DNA of 30,061 nt from a virus. Below the pieces are notes generated by a model that searched no databases, was not told the DNA's origin, and was given only the letters and a program-made list of their open reading frames with translations. The stretch's first letter is position 1; each line of letters begins with the position of its first letter. A program made the translations under genes and the position numbers. The DNA lies in the IMG/VR virus record IMGVR_UViG_2675903378_000003, positions 1-30,061 of that record; one strand, 5' to 3'. Shown here in pieces: positions 9,162 to 17,234 of this stretch.

Positions 9162-9608
9162 TTAGAATGGGATATCGTCGTCGAATTCGTCATGAGCGCT
9201 ACGCTGCTGCGGTGCGCTCTGCTGCTGAGGAGATTGCCTGCTCTGAGCCGCCTGGTCATTTACAGGCTTTCCGCCAAGCATCTGCATCTGTCCGTGCATG
9301 TCGACGATTACCTCGGTGGTGTATCGGTCCTGGCCGTCCTGAGCCTGCCACTTGCGAGTTCTGAGAGATCCCTCGACGTACAATTGCTGGCCCTTCTTTA
9401 CGTGTTGTCCAGCGATCTCTGCGAGCTTCCCGAAGAACACCACGCGGTGCCATTCGGTGCGCTCCTGTTGCTGGCCGGTCTGCTTGTCCTTCCAGCTCTC
9501 GCTGGTGGCGAGGGTGATGTTGGTCACCGCATTGCCGTTGGGCATGTAGCGGGTTTCCGGGTCACCACCGACGTTACCAACCAGAATTACTTTGTTAACA
9601 CCTCTCAT
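9162..9608 (-). CDS. ssb: Single-stranded DNA-binding protein
   Basis: Canonical OB-fold N-terminus [25 protein letters not shown]. Gln/Pro-rich tail ending in DDDIPF. Confidence 0.95.
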   Translation of the reverse strand: MRGVNKVILVGNVGGDPETRYMPNGNAVTNITLATSESWKDKQTGQQQERTEWHRVVFFGKLAEIAGQHVKKGQQLYVEGSLRTRKWQAQDGQDRYTTEVIVDMHGQMQMLGGKPVNDQAAQSRQSPQQQSAPQQRSAHDEFDDDIPF

Positions 9609-10231
9609 GCTGCTTTCCTCATGCGCTCTCGCATCTGATGTTCAAGCTCTGCCAACTCTTCCAGGAACGCTTTAACTTCGGACTCCATCTCGCGAATGCG
9701 TTCCTCGTCGCGGTGGTAGCGGAAGCACACGTACTGCAATTCATCAGGCAGACGGTCGTCGAAGCTCACGAAGTCGACCCACTCGCGGCCGCTGCATGAC
9801 ATTTGGGCGAGCATCTGCCACTCGTACTGTGGGTCGTGCTTGCCCGACTGCATCGTGTAGATGTGGGTTGCGGTAGACGGGCATTTAATCTCGACGAGGC
9901 CATGCTCACCCGCGAGGCCATCTGGCGACGCGCCAAATCCATGGATTCGCGGATGGATGATCAGGCCTGTTTCGATCGTCATTACGCCTGCATTGAACTC
10001 GTAGGCCGAGCGAGCAATCGGCTCCAGGTCGGTACCACGCTGCATTGCGGCGCTGGTGAATCCTTCCTCGCGCTTGCCGGTCAGGCGCTCGCACAGGAGC
10101 TGCATCATGTAGTTCTGGCGGGTAGCAGAAGGGGCGCCACTGCGCCCCTTTGCCATCACATCCTTGACCTTGCTGGCCGTCACCCGCCCCAGGCGCTGTG
10201 CGAACCATTCATCACTACGCTGCTCGATCAT
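9605..10231 (-). CDS. YqaJ-type viral recombinase exonuclease
   Basis: Start refined to ATG 10231 ([21 protein letters not shown]). Motifs SPDG and EIKCP. Adjacent to recT. Confidence 0.85.
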   Translation of the reverse strand: MIEQRSDEWFAQRLGRVTASKVKDVMAKGRSGAPSATRQNYMMQLLCERLTGKREEGFTSAAMQRGTDLEPIARSAYEFNAGVMTIETGLIIHPRIHGFGASPDGLAGEHGLVEIKCPSTATHIYTMQSGKHDPQYEWQMLAQMSCSGREWVDFVSFDDRLPDELQYVCFRYHRDEERIREMESEVKAFLEELAELEHQMRERMRKAA

Positions 10232-10961
10232 CGCCGGTCTCCTCGAATTCAACGTCGATAGGTGCCTCCAGCAGTTCTTTCTTCCGCTGGTCTTTCGCAA
10301 CTGTCAGTTGGTCACGTGCACCCTTGGACTTGTAGGCCTTCCAGGCATCGCTGAATGCAGCCTGCAAATCATCCATGGTCGGAGCAGAATTGATCAGCGA
10401 CAGAGCCTCGGTCACGTCCTCGACTGGCTCGCCAGGGGTCACGTCGCGCTCGACGATGCGCTCTGCCTCGTCCTGGTCGTAGATGCCGGCGAACCCGAAC
10501 GCGAGGCGTGCGCACTGGATCATTGCCTTGTGGCGAAGCATCCGGCGCGGATGGGACTGCCAAGGCTGGGTGTTCCGCTTGCACTCGGCCATGTACTCAG
10601 TCGCGCTGATGGCATGGCTGCGGTCCTTCCGGTAGATCTTGCAGGTGCATTCGGTGCCCTGCTGGTCCATTGAGAATTCCATGCCATCGAACTGTGGGTT
10701 CTCGTTGATGATCCGAGCCCAGCCATCCACACCAACAACCGGCACGATGCCGTTGTTCTTGTCGGGGAATGCGTACAACTCCTTGGTGAAGGGGTTCAGT
10801 TTGTACTGGTCTGCCACGATCAGCAGGGCGACCATCTGCGAATCATTGACCTGGCCCTTGAAACAGGTCTGCTTGAGCGTGTTCGCCACTTCTTCAGGCG
10901 TGGTACCCATCTCGTAGCGCGTGGCGAACTTCGTCAGGAGCGGTGTTAGTGCAGTTCCCAT
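10215..10961 (-). CDS. recT: RecT-family single-strand annealing protein
   Basis: 248 aa. The blocks QMVALLIVADQYKLNPF, ELYAFP, VVGVDGW and MLRHKAMIQCARLAFG are typical of RecT. Confidence 0.9.
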   Translation of the reverse strand: MGTALTPLLTKFATRYEMGTTPEEVANTLKQTCFKGQVNDSQMVALLIVADQYKLNPFTKELYAFPDKNNGIVPVVGVDGWARIINENPQFDGMEFSMDQQGTECTCKIYRKDRSHAISATEYMAECKRNTQPWQSHPRRMLRHKAMIQCARLAFGFAGIYDQDEAERIVERDVTPGEPVEDVTEALSLINSAPTMDDLQAAFSDAWKAYKSKGARDQLTVAKDQRKKELLEAPIDVEFEETGDDRAA

Positions 10962-10968
10962 GTGAACC

Positions 10969-12033
10969 TCAATAGTTGATCGTGATGTGAGGAACCTTGC
11001 GCTGAGCGATCAGTGTGATCGCCTGCTTGGCGCATTCCTCGGGCATGCCGCCGGCGATCAGGGCCGCCAGGGCTTCGTTGTTGATGGCTTTCTTGTGGGC
11101 CTTGTCGGCTTCTCGGGCTGCTGCCTCGCGCTCGATCCTGGCTTGCTCGTCTGCCTGCCGTTGGCGCTCTGCGGCAGCGGCTTCTTCGGCGCGCCGCTGT
11201 GCATCACGCTCAGCCTGCTCGGCGCGTTGCTGTGCTTCCAACTTCTCGCGCTCCGCCTTCTCGGCAGCGAGTCGCAGTTCCAGTTCCCGGCGCTCGGCGG
11301 CAGCCTTTGCCTCGGTTTCGCGGCGAGCGGCGGCTTCGCGTTCTTCCTGGGCGCGTCGTTCCGCTGCAAGGCGCTCGGCCTCGGCTGCTTCGCGGGCAAT
11401 GCGTTCCTCGCGCTCTTTCTGCTCGCGAGCAGCAGCTTCGGCGCGCAGTCGCTCCAGTTCGGCCTGCTCGGCTTCATACTTCTCGCGTGCAACGAGGGCT
11501 TCGCGCAGCGCGACCAGGGCCTTGTCCTTGGTACGGGCGGCCTCGGTTTCGAACTCTTCCCAGTCCTCGCCAATCAAGAGGCCTTCCAGCCACTCAATGT
11601 TGGCTTTCAACTCGGTCGAATCTAGGTCGCGGCATTCCAGGCGCAGGTTGATCTGATCGATGCCGGCCTGGTGCTTGGCCTTGCGCATTTCCTCGCGCTG
11701 CTCCCACTCAGTTAGGGGCTGGCGTACCTCTGCCTGCCAGGAGTCCAGCAGGTCACGCATGCGCTTGCGCTCGGCATCGACCTTCTTCGGCACTTCCTTC
11801 AGGTCGGCGACCAGTTCCTTTCCTACGTTGTCCAGCGCCGTCTTCGAGCGGGCGACCTTGTAGGCGATGGAGGCGATGGCCTCTCTGCCCTTGCGGGTAG
11901 TGACGTCTGGCACGAAGCCGTCGATCTCTTCGCGAATCTTGGCCAGGAACGGGTCAAGGCCATTGACGGCCGAGTAGACTTGGAGTGCGGTTTCTTTGGC
12001 CGGCACTTCGACCAGTTGGGTTTCTGCGGACAT
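10969..12033 (-). CDS. Recombination-module-associated coiled-coil protein (DUF1351-like N-terminus, E/R/A-rich centre)
   Basis: 354 aa. About 150 residues of near-pure E/R/A/Q heptad-like sequence. Sits directly upstream of recT. Confidence 0.75.
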   Translation of the reverse strand: MSAETQLVEVPAKETALQVYSAVNGLDPFLAKIREEIDGFVPDVTTRKGREAIASIAYKVARSKTALDNVGKELVADLKEVPKKVDAERKRMRDLLDSWQAEVRQPLTEWEQREEMRKAKHQAGIDQINLRLECRDLDSTELKANIEWLEGLLIGEDWEEFETEAARTKDKALVALREALVAREKYEAEQAELERLRAEAAAREQKEREERIAREAAEAERLAAERRAQEEREAAARRETEAKAAAERRELELRLAAEKAEREKLEAQQRAEQAERDAQRRAEEAAAAERQRQADEQARIEREAAAREADKAHKKAINNEALAALIAGGMPEECAKQAITLIAQRKVPHITINY

Positions 12034-12205
12034 GATTTCTCCGATCCGCCCGAGGGCAGAGATTGAAAGGGAAGGGGAAAGGCGCTTACGGCGCCACTCG
12101 GCAGCGTCACCCCTGCGGGATGAATAGCGTTGCGCTAGAAGCCGCTGCTGCGGGTGTTTTCTTCATGCCTCCCACCGCCCGCTGGGGAAGCCGCAGTTAT
12201 CCGGA

Positions 12206-12343
12206 TTACCGGCCTGCTGCGGACAGGTGCGTAGCTTCTGCGGTGATGATGCCGCCCCAGATCGGGCCGGCTGCCAGGATGAAGAGGTACAGCAGACCTC
12301 CGAAGAGGCTGCCTAGCCAGATTGCTGTGCGGCGGGTGTTCAT
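12206..12343 (-). CDS. Small membrane peptide (45 aa)
   Basis: ATG 12343 preceded by AAGGAGG. ATGA overlap with the upstream stop. Sequence MNTRRTAIWLGSLFGGLLYLFILAAGPIWGGIITAE... Confidence 0.45.
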   Translation of the reverse strand: MNTRRTAIWLGSLFGGLLYLFILAAGPIWGGIITAEATHLSAAGR

Positions 12344-12699
12344 GCTGCCTCCTTGGTACGCCTGGAGCCTGGGTACTCCGGATGCGATGGGTACTGGGTT
12401 GGCCTTATGACAGAGGCAAGAAGCTTCTTCCAGGTGGCTGCATTGTTCGGCAGGCACACCCCAAACTCTTTTGTGTCGTACTCGACGTCGTCAACGAGAA
12501 ATGGCATCAGGCTCAACGGAACGGCGATGTTGGAGCAGCCGCTGTTGTAGTAGCCCAGATGCTCAAGGATTCTTTCTTCGGAGTAGATGCCTGCGCTCTC
12601 CATCTTCCAGCAGTAGCCGCGGTCATCAGAACGCCACAGAGTGATTGCCTTGTGGCGTCGCTTCGTGTGCTTGAGGCTGATCACTATGTAGTCAGTCAT
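12340..12699 (-). CDS. Hypothetical phage protein
   Basis: Start refined to ATG 12699 (MTDYIVISLKH...). Coupled on both sides. Confidence 0.6.
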   Translation of the reverse strand: MTDYIVISLKHTKRRHKAITLWRSDDRGYCWKMESAGIYSEERILEHLGYYNSGCSNIAVPLSLMPFLVDDVEYDTKEFGVCLPNNAATWKKLLASVIRPTQYPSHPEYPGSRRTKEAA

Positions 12700-12809
12700 G
12701 GCGTAACCATCCCCACGAATGCCCAGGCGAAAGCGCCGATACCGCCCACAAAAAAGCCGCCGAAGATCAGGACTTGGGCGGCCTCTTTCAGGTCTATGGT
12801 GATGGTCAT
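12696..12809 (-). CDS. Small membrane peptide (37 aa), hand-called
   Basis: ATG 12809 in an ATGA overlap with the upstream stop. Its own stop overlaps the next ATG. Sequence MTITIDLKEAAQVLIFGGFFVGGIGAFAWAFVGMVTP. Confidence 0.4.
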   Translation of the reverse strand: MTITIDLKEAAQVLIFGGFFVGGIGAFAWAFVGMVTP

Positions 12810-13126
12810 GGCGTACGCTCCATTGCGGCGTCGATGGCTGCGTCCAACTCATCCCCAGATCGGTACTCGTATGCGAGATACCCTCCGCATCCGAACTCAT
12901 CCGCTGGAACCTCACCTGAAACCTTGTCGAGCACTAGAGATACGTCCTGATCAGGATTCCGCAGCCACCGATACCGCTTAGCATCAGCCTCAGCAGCGCG
13001 CAGGCGGGCGATCAGTCCGCGCAGTTCTCCCATGGTGATTGCTGAATCTTCGTCGCCGAGGAAGGCGGGATGCTGCGAATACCCTTCCAACTCCGCCAAC
13101 TGCTCATCACTGATAGGGGTTGTCAT
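12806..13126 (-). CDS. Hypothetical phage protein with RYRWLR...LDAAIDAA module
   Basis: 106 aa. Shares its C-terminal module with the 4242-4847 product. Confidence 0.65.
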   Translation of the reverse strand: MTTPISDEQLAELEGYSQHPAFLGDEDSAITMGELRGLIARLRAAEADAKRYRWLRNPDQDVSLVLDKVSGEVPADEFGCGGYLAYEYRSGDELDAAIDAAMERTP

Positions 13127-13806
13127 TTCCCTTCCTCCTGGCGGCGGTAGCCGGCGTCAAATAGCGCTTTGGCTTGCTTAACCGTCAGCGTCTCTACTGC
13201 GAAGCACATTTCCTCAATCGCCTTTGCCCGCTCCTCGGCGGCGATCTGCTCGGGGGTGCGGAGAAGTGATCCGTGGCTTGAGTGGAATCCAAGAGCCTGT
13301 CTCAGCGTCTTGATGCGCTCTGCTGCCTCTTGAGGATCGTCAAACAGGCCTATGTGCTGTTCCTTCCCGTTGATTTTGACGCGGGCGCGCCACTTGCCTG
13401 TCTCTTCATGCCAACTGACCCCGCAATAACCGCTGCGTGATCCAGCTTGCAGCTTTACGTTCTTGCAGTTTTCCTGATGAGAAACTTGGCGAAGGTTAGC
13501 TATTGAGTTGTCCAAAGAATCGCCGTTTATATGGTCAATCTCTTCGCCAGGATGCTCGCCGTAGTGAATTGCCCAAGCTATACGGTGCGCATAGATTTTC
13601 TGGCCGCAAATGTCGATTCTGCGGTACTTTTTTCGCTTTTTGGTGACGATGACCCCGGCTTCTTTTCCTTCACAGCGGGATACCCACGAAGCGAAATGAT
13701 GCTTTTTTGTAAAATCTGACGATGGTCTTGGCAGCCAGACAAGACTCCCGGTTTCTTTGTCGTAGCTGAGCCTTGTGCGCAGATACGCAATCGACGGCAG
13801 GGTCAT
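13123..13806 (-). CDS. HNH endonuclease with AP2 DNA-binding domain (homing-endonuclease-like)
   Basis: HNH_3-type motif IDHINGDSLDNSIANLRQVSHQEN. AP2-like segment YCGVSWHEETGKWRARVKINGKEQHIGLFDDPQEAA. Locally AT-richer than its neighbours. Confidence 0.85.
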   Translation of the reverse strand: MTLPSIAYLRTRLSYDKETGSLVWLPRPSSDFTKKHHFASWVSRCEGKEAGVIVTKKRKKYRRIDICGQKIYAHRIAWAIHYGEHPGEEIDHINGDSLDNSIANLRQVSHQENCKNVKLQAGSRSGYCGVSWHEETGKWRARVKINGKEQHIGLFDDPQEAAERIKTLRQALGFHSSHGSLLRTPEQIAAEERAKAIEEMCFAVETLTVKQAKALFDAGYRRQEEGK

Positions 13807-14081
13807 ACGTCACCCCCGGTGGCCTTTGCAATGGCGTCGAAAGCTTTGACCTCATCGCGCTTGTAGCGAAAGGCCCAGGAGATGGCTTCGAGCTTCTTCC
13901 TGCCAGCCTTGTTGAATATGTGAATGGTTGGAAGGCCTCCCTCTAATGGGTGGCCCTTTGCATCCAGCGGGTTCTTGTGCTCCAACTCAACGAATTCACG
14001 AAGTTGCTGTAGGTGTTCAATTGAGCAGCCAGACAAACGAACAGCATCCCATCCGTAGCACTGCAACTTTGGCTTGCTCAT
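13803..14081 (-). CDS. Hypothetical phage protein
   Basis: 92-aa ORF with ATGA overlaps. Confidence 0.65.
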   Translation of the reverse strand: MSKPKLQCYGWDAVRLSGCSIEHLQQLREFVELEHKNPLDAKGHPLEGGLPTIHIFNKAGRKKLEAISWAFRYKRDEVKAFDAIAKATGGDV

Positions 14082-14497
14082 GCTGCATCCTCCATGTTCT
14101 GTTCTGCGATCATTTCCAGCACCAGGTCCGCGTGCGGCTTCAGGAGTCCGAGCGCGATGCGTTCAGTGATTCCCTGGTGATGCTCAAGGTTTGCCGCGCA
14201 CTCGCGGGCGGTAGAGGTGAACTCGTCTTCGGCGGCCTGGAACATCTGAGCCAGCCAGCATTCTTCGTCGGCCTGGACGAGCTTCAGCAGTTCGGCCTGT
14301 ACCCGTTCGGTCAGAGTGCTGGCGAAGACCACTACGCGCTCGCGCATGGTTTCGATCTTCACGTCCATGCCGCACCGCAGATCGTTGACTGCGTGCTCTG
14401 CCCAGTCGCAGAACTCATCGGAGTTAGCGGCGGGAGGGGTGTCGTCAGGAGTCGCGTCGTCATGTAGCGACTGTGCGCATTGAAATGCGGTGTTCAT
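14078..14497 (-). CDS. Hypothetical acidic phage protein
   Basis: 139-aa ORF with ATGA overlaps. Confidence 0.65.
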   Translation of the reverse strand: MNTAFQCAQSLHDDATPDDTPPAANSDEFCDWAEHAVNDLRCGMDVKIETMRERVVVFASTLTERVQAELLKLVQADEECWLAQMFQAAEDEFTSTARECAANLEHHQGITERIALGLLKPHADLVLEMIAEQNMEDAA

Positions 14498-14751
14498 GAC
14501 TGAACTCCAATCTGCAACTGCTCTTTAAACTCTGCTGCAAGAGGGGAAAGGTGGTCATACACCGTCTGTGCAGTGTCCATATCGCCGCAAACAATCTGGA
14601 ATGGCAGATCGAAACAGTGCCATTTTCCGGGACCGACATTGCTTGCCTGTTCCTGATGGCGGTAGATCAAGAATTCTTTCAATTCGGCGGGGAACTGAAC
14701 GCCTGAACGTTGTTCCATCTGTTCTATGGTCAGATTTCCTAAGCGCATCAT
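14494..14751 (-). CDS. Hypothetical phage protein
   Basis: 85-aa ORF. First gene after the terminator at 14811-14835. Confidence 0.65.
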   Translation of the reverse strand: MMRLGNLTIEQMEQRSGVQFPAELKEFLIYRHQEQASNVGPGKWHCFDLPFQIVCGDMDTAQTVYDHLSPLAAEFKEQLQIGVQS

Positions 14752-14810
14752 GTTTCACCTCGCGTTCGCGTGCATGCGGCAGCGTCCTGTCTCGCTGTCG
14801 TCATACAGGC

Positions 14811-14835
14811 GAAAAAATGCCCGGACTTGCCGGGC
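14811..14835 (-). terminator. Rho-independent terminator inside the leftward operon
   Basis: Minus sense GCCCGGCAAGUCCGGGC followed by AUUUUUUC. 6-bp GC stem, 5-nt loop. Confidence 0.75.
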
Positions 14836-15004
14836 TAAGAGGGGTAGGGTGGGGATGGCCGGAGTTTCACCGGCGACTGACTTGGCGCGGACCCATTCAG
14901 CGACTCATTTCGTATGCCGAAGCAGTGACGTCCGCAGGTACCTAGTACATCTCCCGCTGCGCGGGACTCATCCCCATTGAAGGGTGGCGTCCTTGCCGGG
15001 GAAG
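14836..15004 (-). ncRNA. ORF-free ~170-nt segment ending at the terminator; candidate 3'UTR-derived or independent small RNA
   Basis: No ORF longer than 12 codons in the minus sense. Several short hairpins (CCCGC-GCA-GCGGG, UGC-UUCG-GCA, GCCGG-UGAAACU-CCGGC). Bounded by the 15005 stop and the intrinsic terminator. Confidence 0.25.
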
Positions 15005-15199
15005 TCAGGAGAGATGCAGTGCGAGCATTCCTCTGTCCATGATGCTCAGCTCGCCAGTGCTATTCATGATCTTGCGGAGTTCCTGTACGCCGCCGGCGAT
15101 ACCGGTTATTGCGGCAACCACTTGGAGCTGACCGCGCTTATCCGCGTTGCGAAGTGCCGCTCGAATGCGGTCATCTTGCTTAGGGTCGGTGAGATTCAT
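15005..15199 (-). CDS. Hypothetical small phage protein
   Basis: 64-aa ORF with a GGAGG-type SD (GGAGGCGAGATG). Confidence 0.5.
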   Translation of the reverse strand: MNLTDPKQDDRIRAALRNADKRGQLQVVAAITGIAGGVQELRKIMNSTGELSIMDRGMLALHLS

Positions 15200-15230
15200 C
15201 TCGCCTCCAATGTGTATGCGCCAGGGCGCG

Positions 15231-15542
15231 TTAGGCGGTGGCCTTTGCGATTGCGGCAGTCATTAGCTCATGGATGGCGTCGTACTCCTTAACCGATTCA
15301 GGCGAGAGGAATCCCGATCCGCTCGGCTCGACGACATCCCACAAACGACCGTACAGACGCTTGAAGGCTTGGCACGCCTCAAGCAGCTCGGGCGCGGCGG
15401 CGATCAGGCGGGCGTCAGCCTCAGAGACTGAAAGCCAAACAGCACCTGCATACTCATCGGGCTTACACGGTCCAATCTCGAAGATCGTTATTCCATGTGG
15501 GCTTCGTGCAATCTCCCACGGTCCCGGTGTGTGCTTGCTCAT
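15231..15542 (-). CDS. Hypothetical phage protein (TPGPW...AAPELLEA family)
   Basis: 103 aa. N-terminal HTPGPW and the AAPELLEACQ motif recur in many phage early proteins as I recall. AGGAG SD. Confidence 0.7.
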   Translation of the reverse strand: MSKHTPGPWEIARSPHGITIFEIGPCKPDEYAGAVWLSVSEADARLIAAAPELLEACQAFKRLYGRLWDVVEPSGSGFLSPESVKEYDAIHELMTAAIAKATA

Positions 15543-15558
15543 TTTGTTCTCCTGCCTG

Positions 15559-15663
15559 TCAGGCGTCTTGCTGTTGAATAGGACAACGCTTCAGACGGAT
15601 CGGCAAAAACATCGTCAGAAGCAGAAATCCCCACATTGCTGCGAACTCGCCAAGGTCTGGCAT
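15559..15663 (-). CDS. Small membrane peptide (34 aa), hand-called
   Basis: ATG 15663 after AAAGGA. Sequence MPDLGEFAAMWGFLLLTMFLPIRLKRCPIQQQDA. Its stop lies 14 nt before the next gene's SD. Confidence 0.35.
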   Translation of the reverse strand: MPDLGEFAAMWGFLLLTMFLPIRLKRCPIQQQDA

Positions 15664-15773
15664 GGATTCCTTTCTTCCCGTATCAGGGCAAATGGACGAA
15701 CGCCGGGCGCTTACCCGGATGCGTCAGGTCTGGCTGCGCTAGCCCCTAGACTCGTTCGCTGTTCGATGGCGGC

Positions 15774-16421
15774 TCACTCGTCGAATTCGACGAACTCGCC
15801 CTCGGCATTCAACTGGTACCAGGTGTCCGGCTCTACGCCGTTCTCCCCGACCTTGCTGGCGCGGATATGGATTAGGCGCCCCTCGTCGTCACGATGACAT
15901 AGGACGATGGCGCTACCAGCAGATGCGCGAGCGCGGCCTTCGATGCCCAGGGATGCGGCGACGGACTCCTTGCCGCTGACCTCGGCTGCCGAGTAGTAGC
16001 CGGTGTTCGACGCTGCCGATTGGTAGCCGGTGTTCGACGCTGTGCCGCCTACCACCGTCTGCTCAACCGACTTATCTACCTTGCTCATGACCCAGTCGAT
16101 GGCCCGCGAGATCATGGTCGGCATGCTGATTTCCGCCTCCACCACCAGGGTGGCGCTGGCGATCTTGCTGTCATCGTCGTGACGGCTCAGTTGTCCCGAA
16201 GCCTTCACGATGGCGAATCGGCTGTCGCCTGGGGCGTAGTAGCCGAAAACATCGAGTGGGTACTCGCAGGAGTGGAAGCCCGAGGCGCATGCCTCTACTT
16301 CGCCCTCGTGCTTGTAGGTGCCGCCGATCTCGAACTGGTAGCCGAGACAGGTCAGGTCTTGCTTGAACCCCTTGTAAGCGGTCACGACCTCTTCGGACGC
16401 AGCCTTTTTCTTGCTCGCCAT
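15774..16421 (-). CDS. Hypothetical phage protein, DUF7666-like, with 9-codon tandem repeat
   Basis: 215 aa. The motif YKGFKQDLTCLGYQFEIGG...CASGFHSCEYPLDVFGYY is as I recall for that family. 20-nt repeat at 15996-16015 and 16023-16042 (ASNTGYQSA/ASNTGYYSA). Confidence 0.7.
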   Translation of the reverse strand: MASKKKAASEEVVTAYKGFKQDLTCLGYQFEIGGTYKHEGEVEACASGFHSCEYPLDVFGYYAPGDSRFAIVKASGQLSRHDDDSKIASATLVVEAEISMPTMISRAIDWVMSKVDKSVEQTVVGGTASNTGYQSAASNTGYYSAAEVSGKESVAASLGIEGRARASAGSAIVLCHRDDEGRLIHIRASKVGENGVEPDTWYQLNAEGEFVEFDE

Positions 16422-16562
16422 CGCGATTCTCCGTTTTAGGTTTGCCCTGGGTTGGGCGATAGGGCGCCCGGATGGGCAAATGGGTTGGAGCTGGTGATGC
16501 CCCGGCGAAACGGGGCTACTATGCGGGTTCCTTGTGGTGCGTATGGAGCCGTGGGGCAGCCA

Positions 16563-17162
16563 CTAGGCTGCGAGTCTCCGCGATATCTCGATGAGTGCAT
16601 CACATACGCGCTCATCGTGTTGTTCGGTAAGGCGGTACCTGTCCACTGCCTCAAGTACGACTCTTGATTTGGCTTCCTTCCAGGCAGCATGAGCATCATC
16701 CGCAGTTGCGTATGAACCGAGGAATGCTCTTCGGCCTTCCATCGTCCAAATCCTCACCATGTACGGTCTGTCTTTGTTTCGCATGATCGAAACGCCAGTC
16801 GGTAAGCCGCGAAATGATCCGTGACCGTCATGCAAAAGGTTGTTTAGCCAGGCAGGAATGAAGACTGAGGTGTCCGGGCTATACATCTTGTCTCCCGGTC
16901 GTAGAAGGTCTTTGTCCAAGTGGTTTCCTTTCCATGGACGTTCTTGCATCCACTCGCGGAATGCCATGAATGAAAGCCAACGCTCATCGACCTTGCAGTC
17001 CACATAGGAAGAACTGTGTCCGTATCTTTTCCCATAACAGCGTTCCAGCATTCCTTTCCAACGGCTGTAGAACGGGCACATGTAACGTTCCCCATTGATG
17101 AGCCGGTAAACGTTGTAGTCGGCGTCATTTCTTCCTACGCCTCGAATCAGGCCTTTCTTCAT
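16563..17162 (-). CDS. AP2-domain protein with degenerate HNH-like N-module (homing-endonuclease-like), paralog of 24365-24997
   Basis: ATG 17162 after AGGAGG. PFYSRWKGMLERC...VDERWLSFMAFREWMQERP aligns with PTYSSWSNMIDRC...VCERWMTFANFLADMGERP of the 24365-24997 product. C-terminal AP2-like segment GVSIMRNKDRPYMVRIWTMEGRRAFLGSYATADDA. Confidence 0.75.
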   Translation of the reverse strand: MKKGLIRGVGRNDADYNVYRLINGERYMCPFYSRWKGMLERCYGKRYGHSSSYVDCKVDERWLSFMAFREWMQERPWKGNHLDKDLLRPGDKMYSPDTSVFIPAWLNNLLHDGHGSFRGLPTGVSIMRNKDRPYMVRIWTMEGRRAFLGSYATADDAHAAWKEAKSRVVLEAVDRYRLTEQHDERVCDALIEISRRLAA

Positions 17163-17181
17163 CTGATGCCTCCTGTTCGAT

Positions 17182-17222
17182 TTCTTCGATGCCCCTCTTG
17201 CGAAGGGCATCTGAGAAATCGT
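17182..17222 (-). promoter_or_regulatory. Copy B of the repeated 41-nt RNA element (box + 10-bp GNRA hairpin)
   Basis: Minus sense ACGAUUUCUCA-GAUGCCCUUC-GCAA-GAGGGGCAUC-GAAGAA. Lies 8 nt upstream of the SD of the AP2 gene. Confidence 0.6.
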
Positions 17223-17234
17223 TTATTCATGGGT

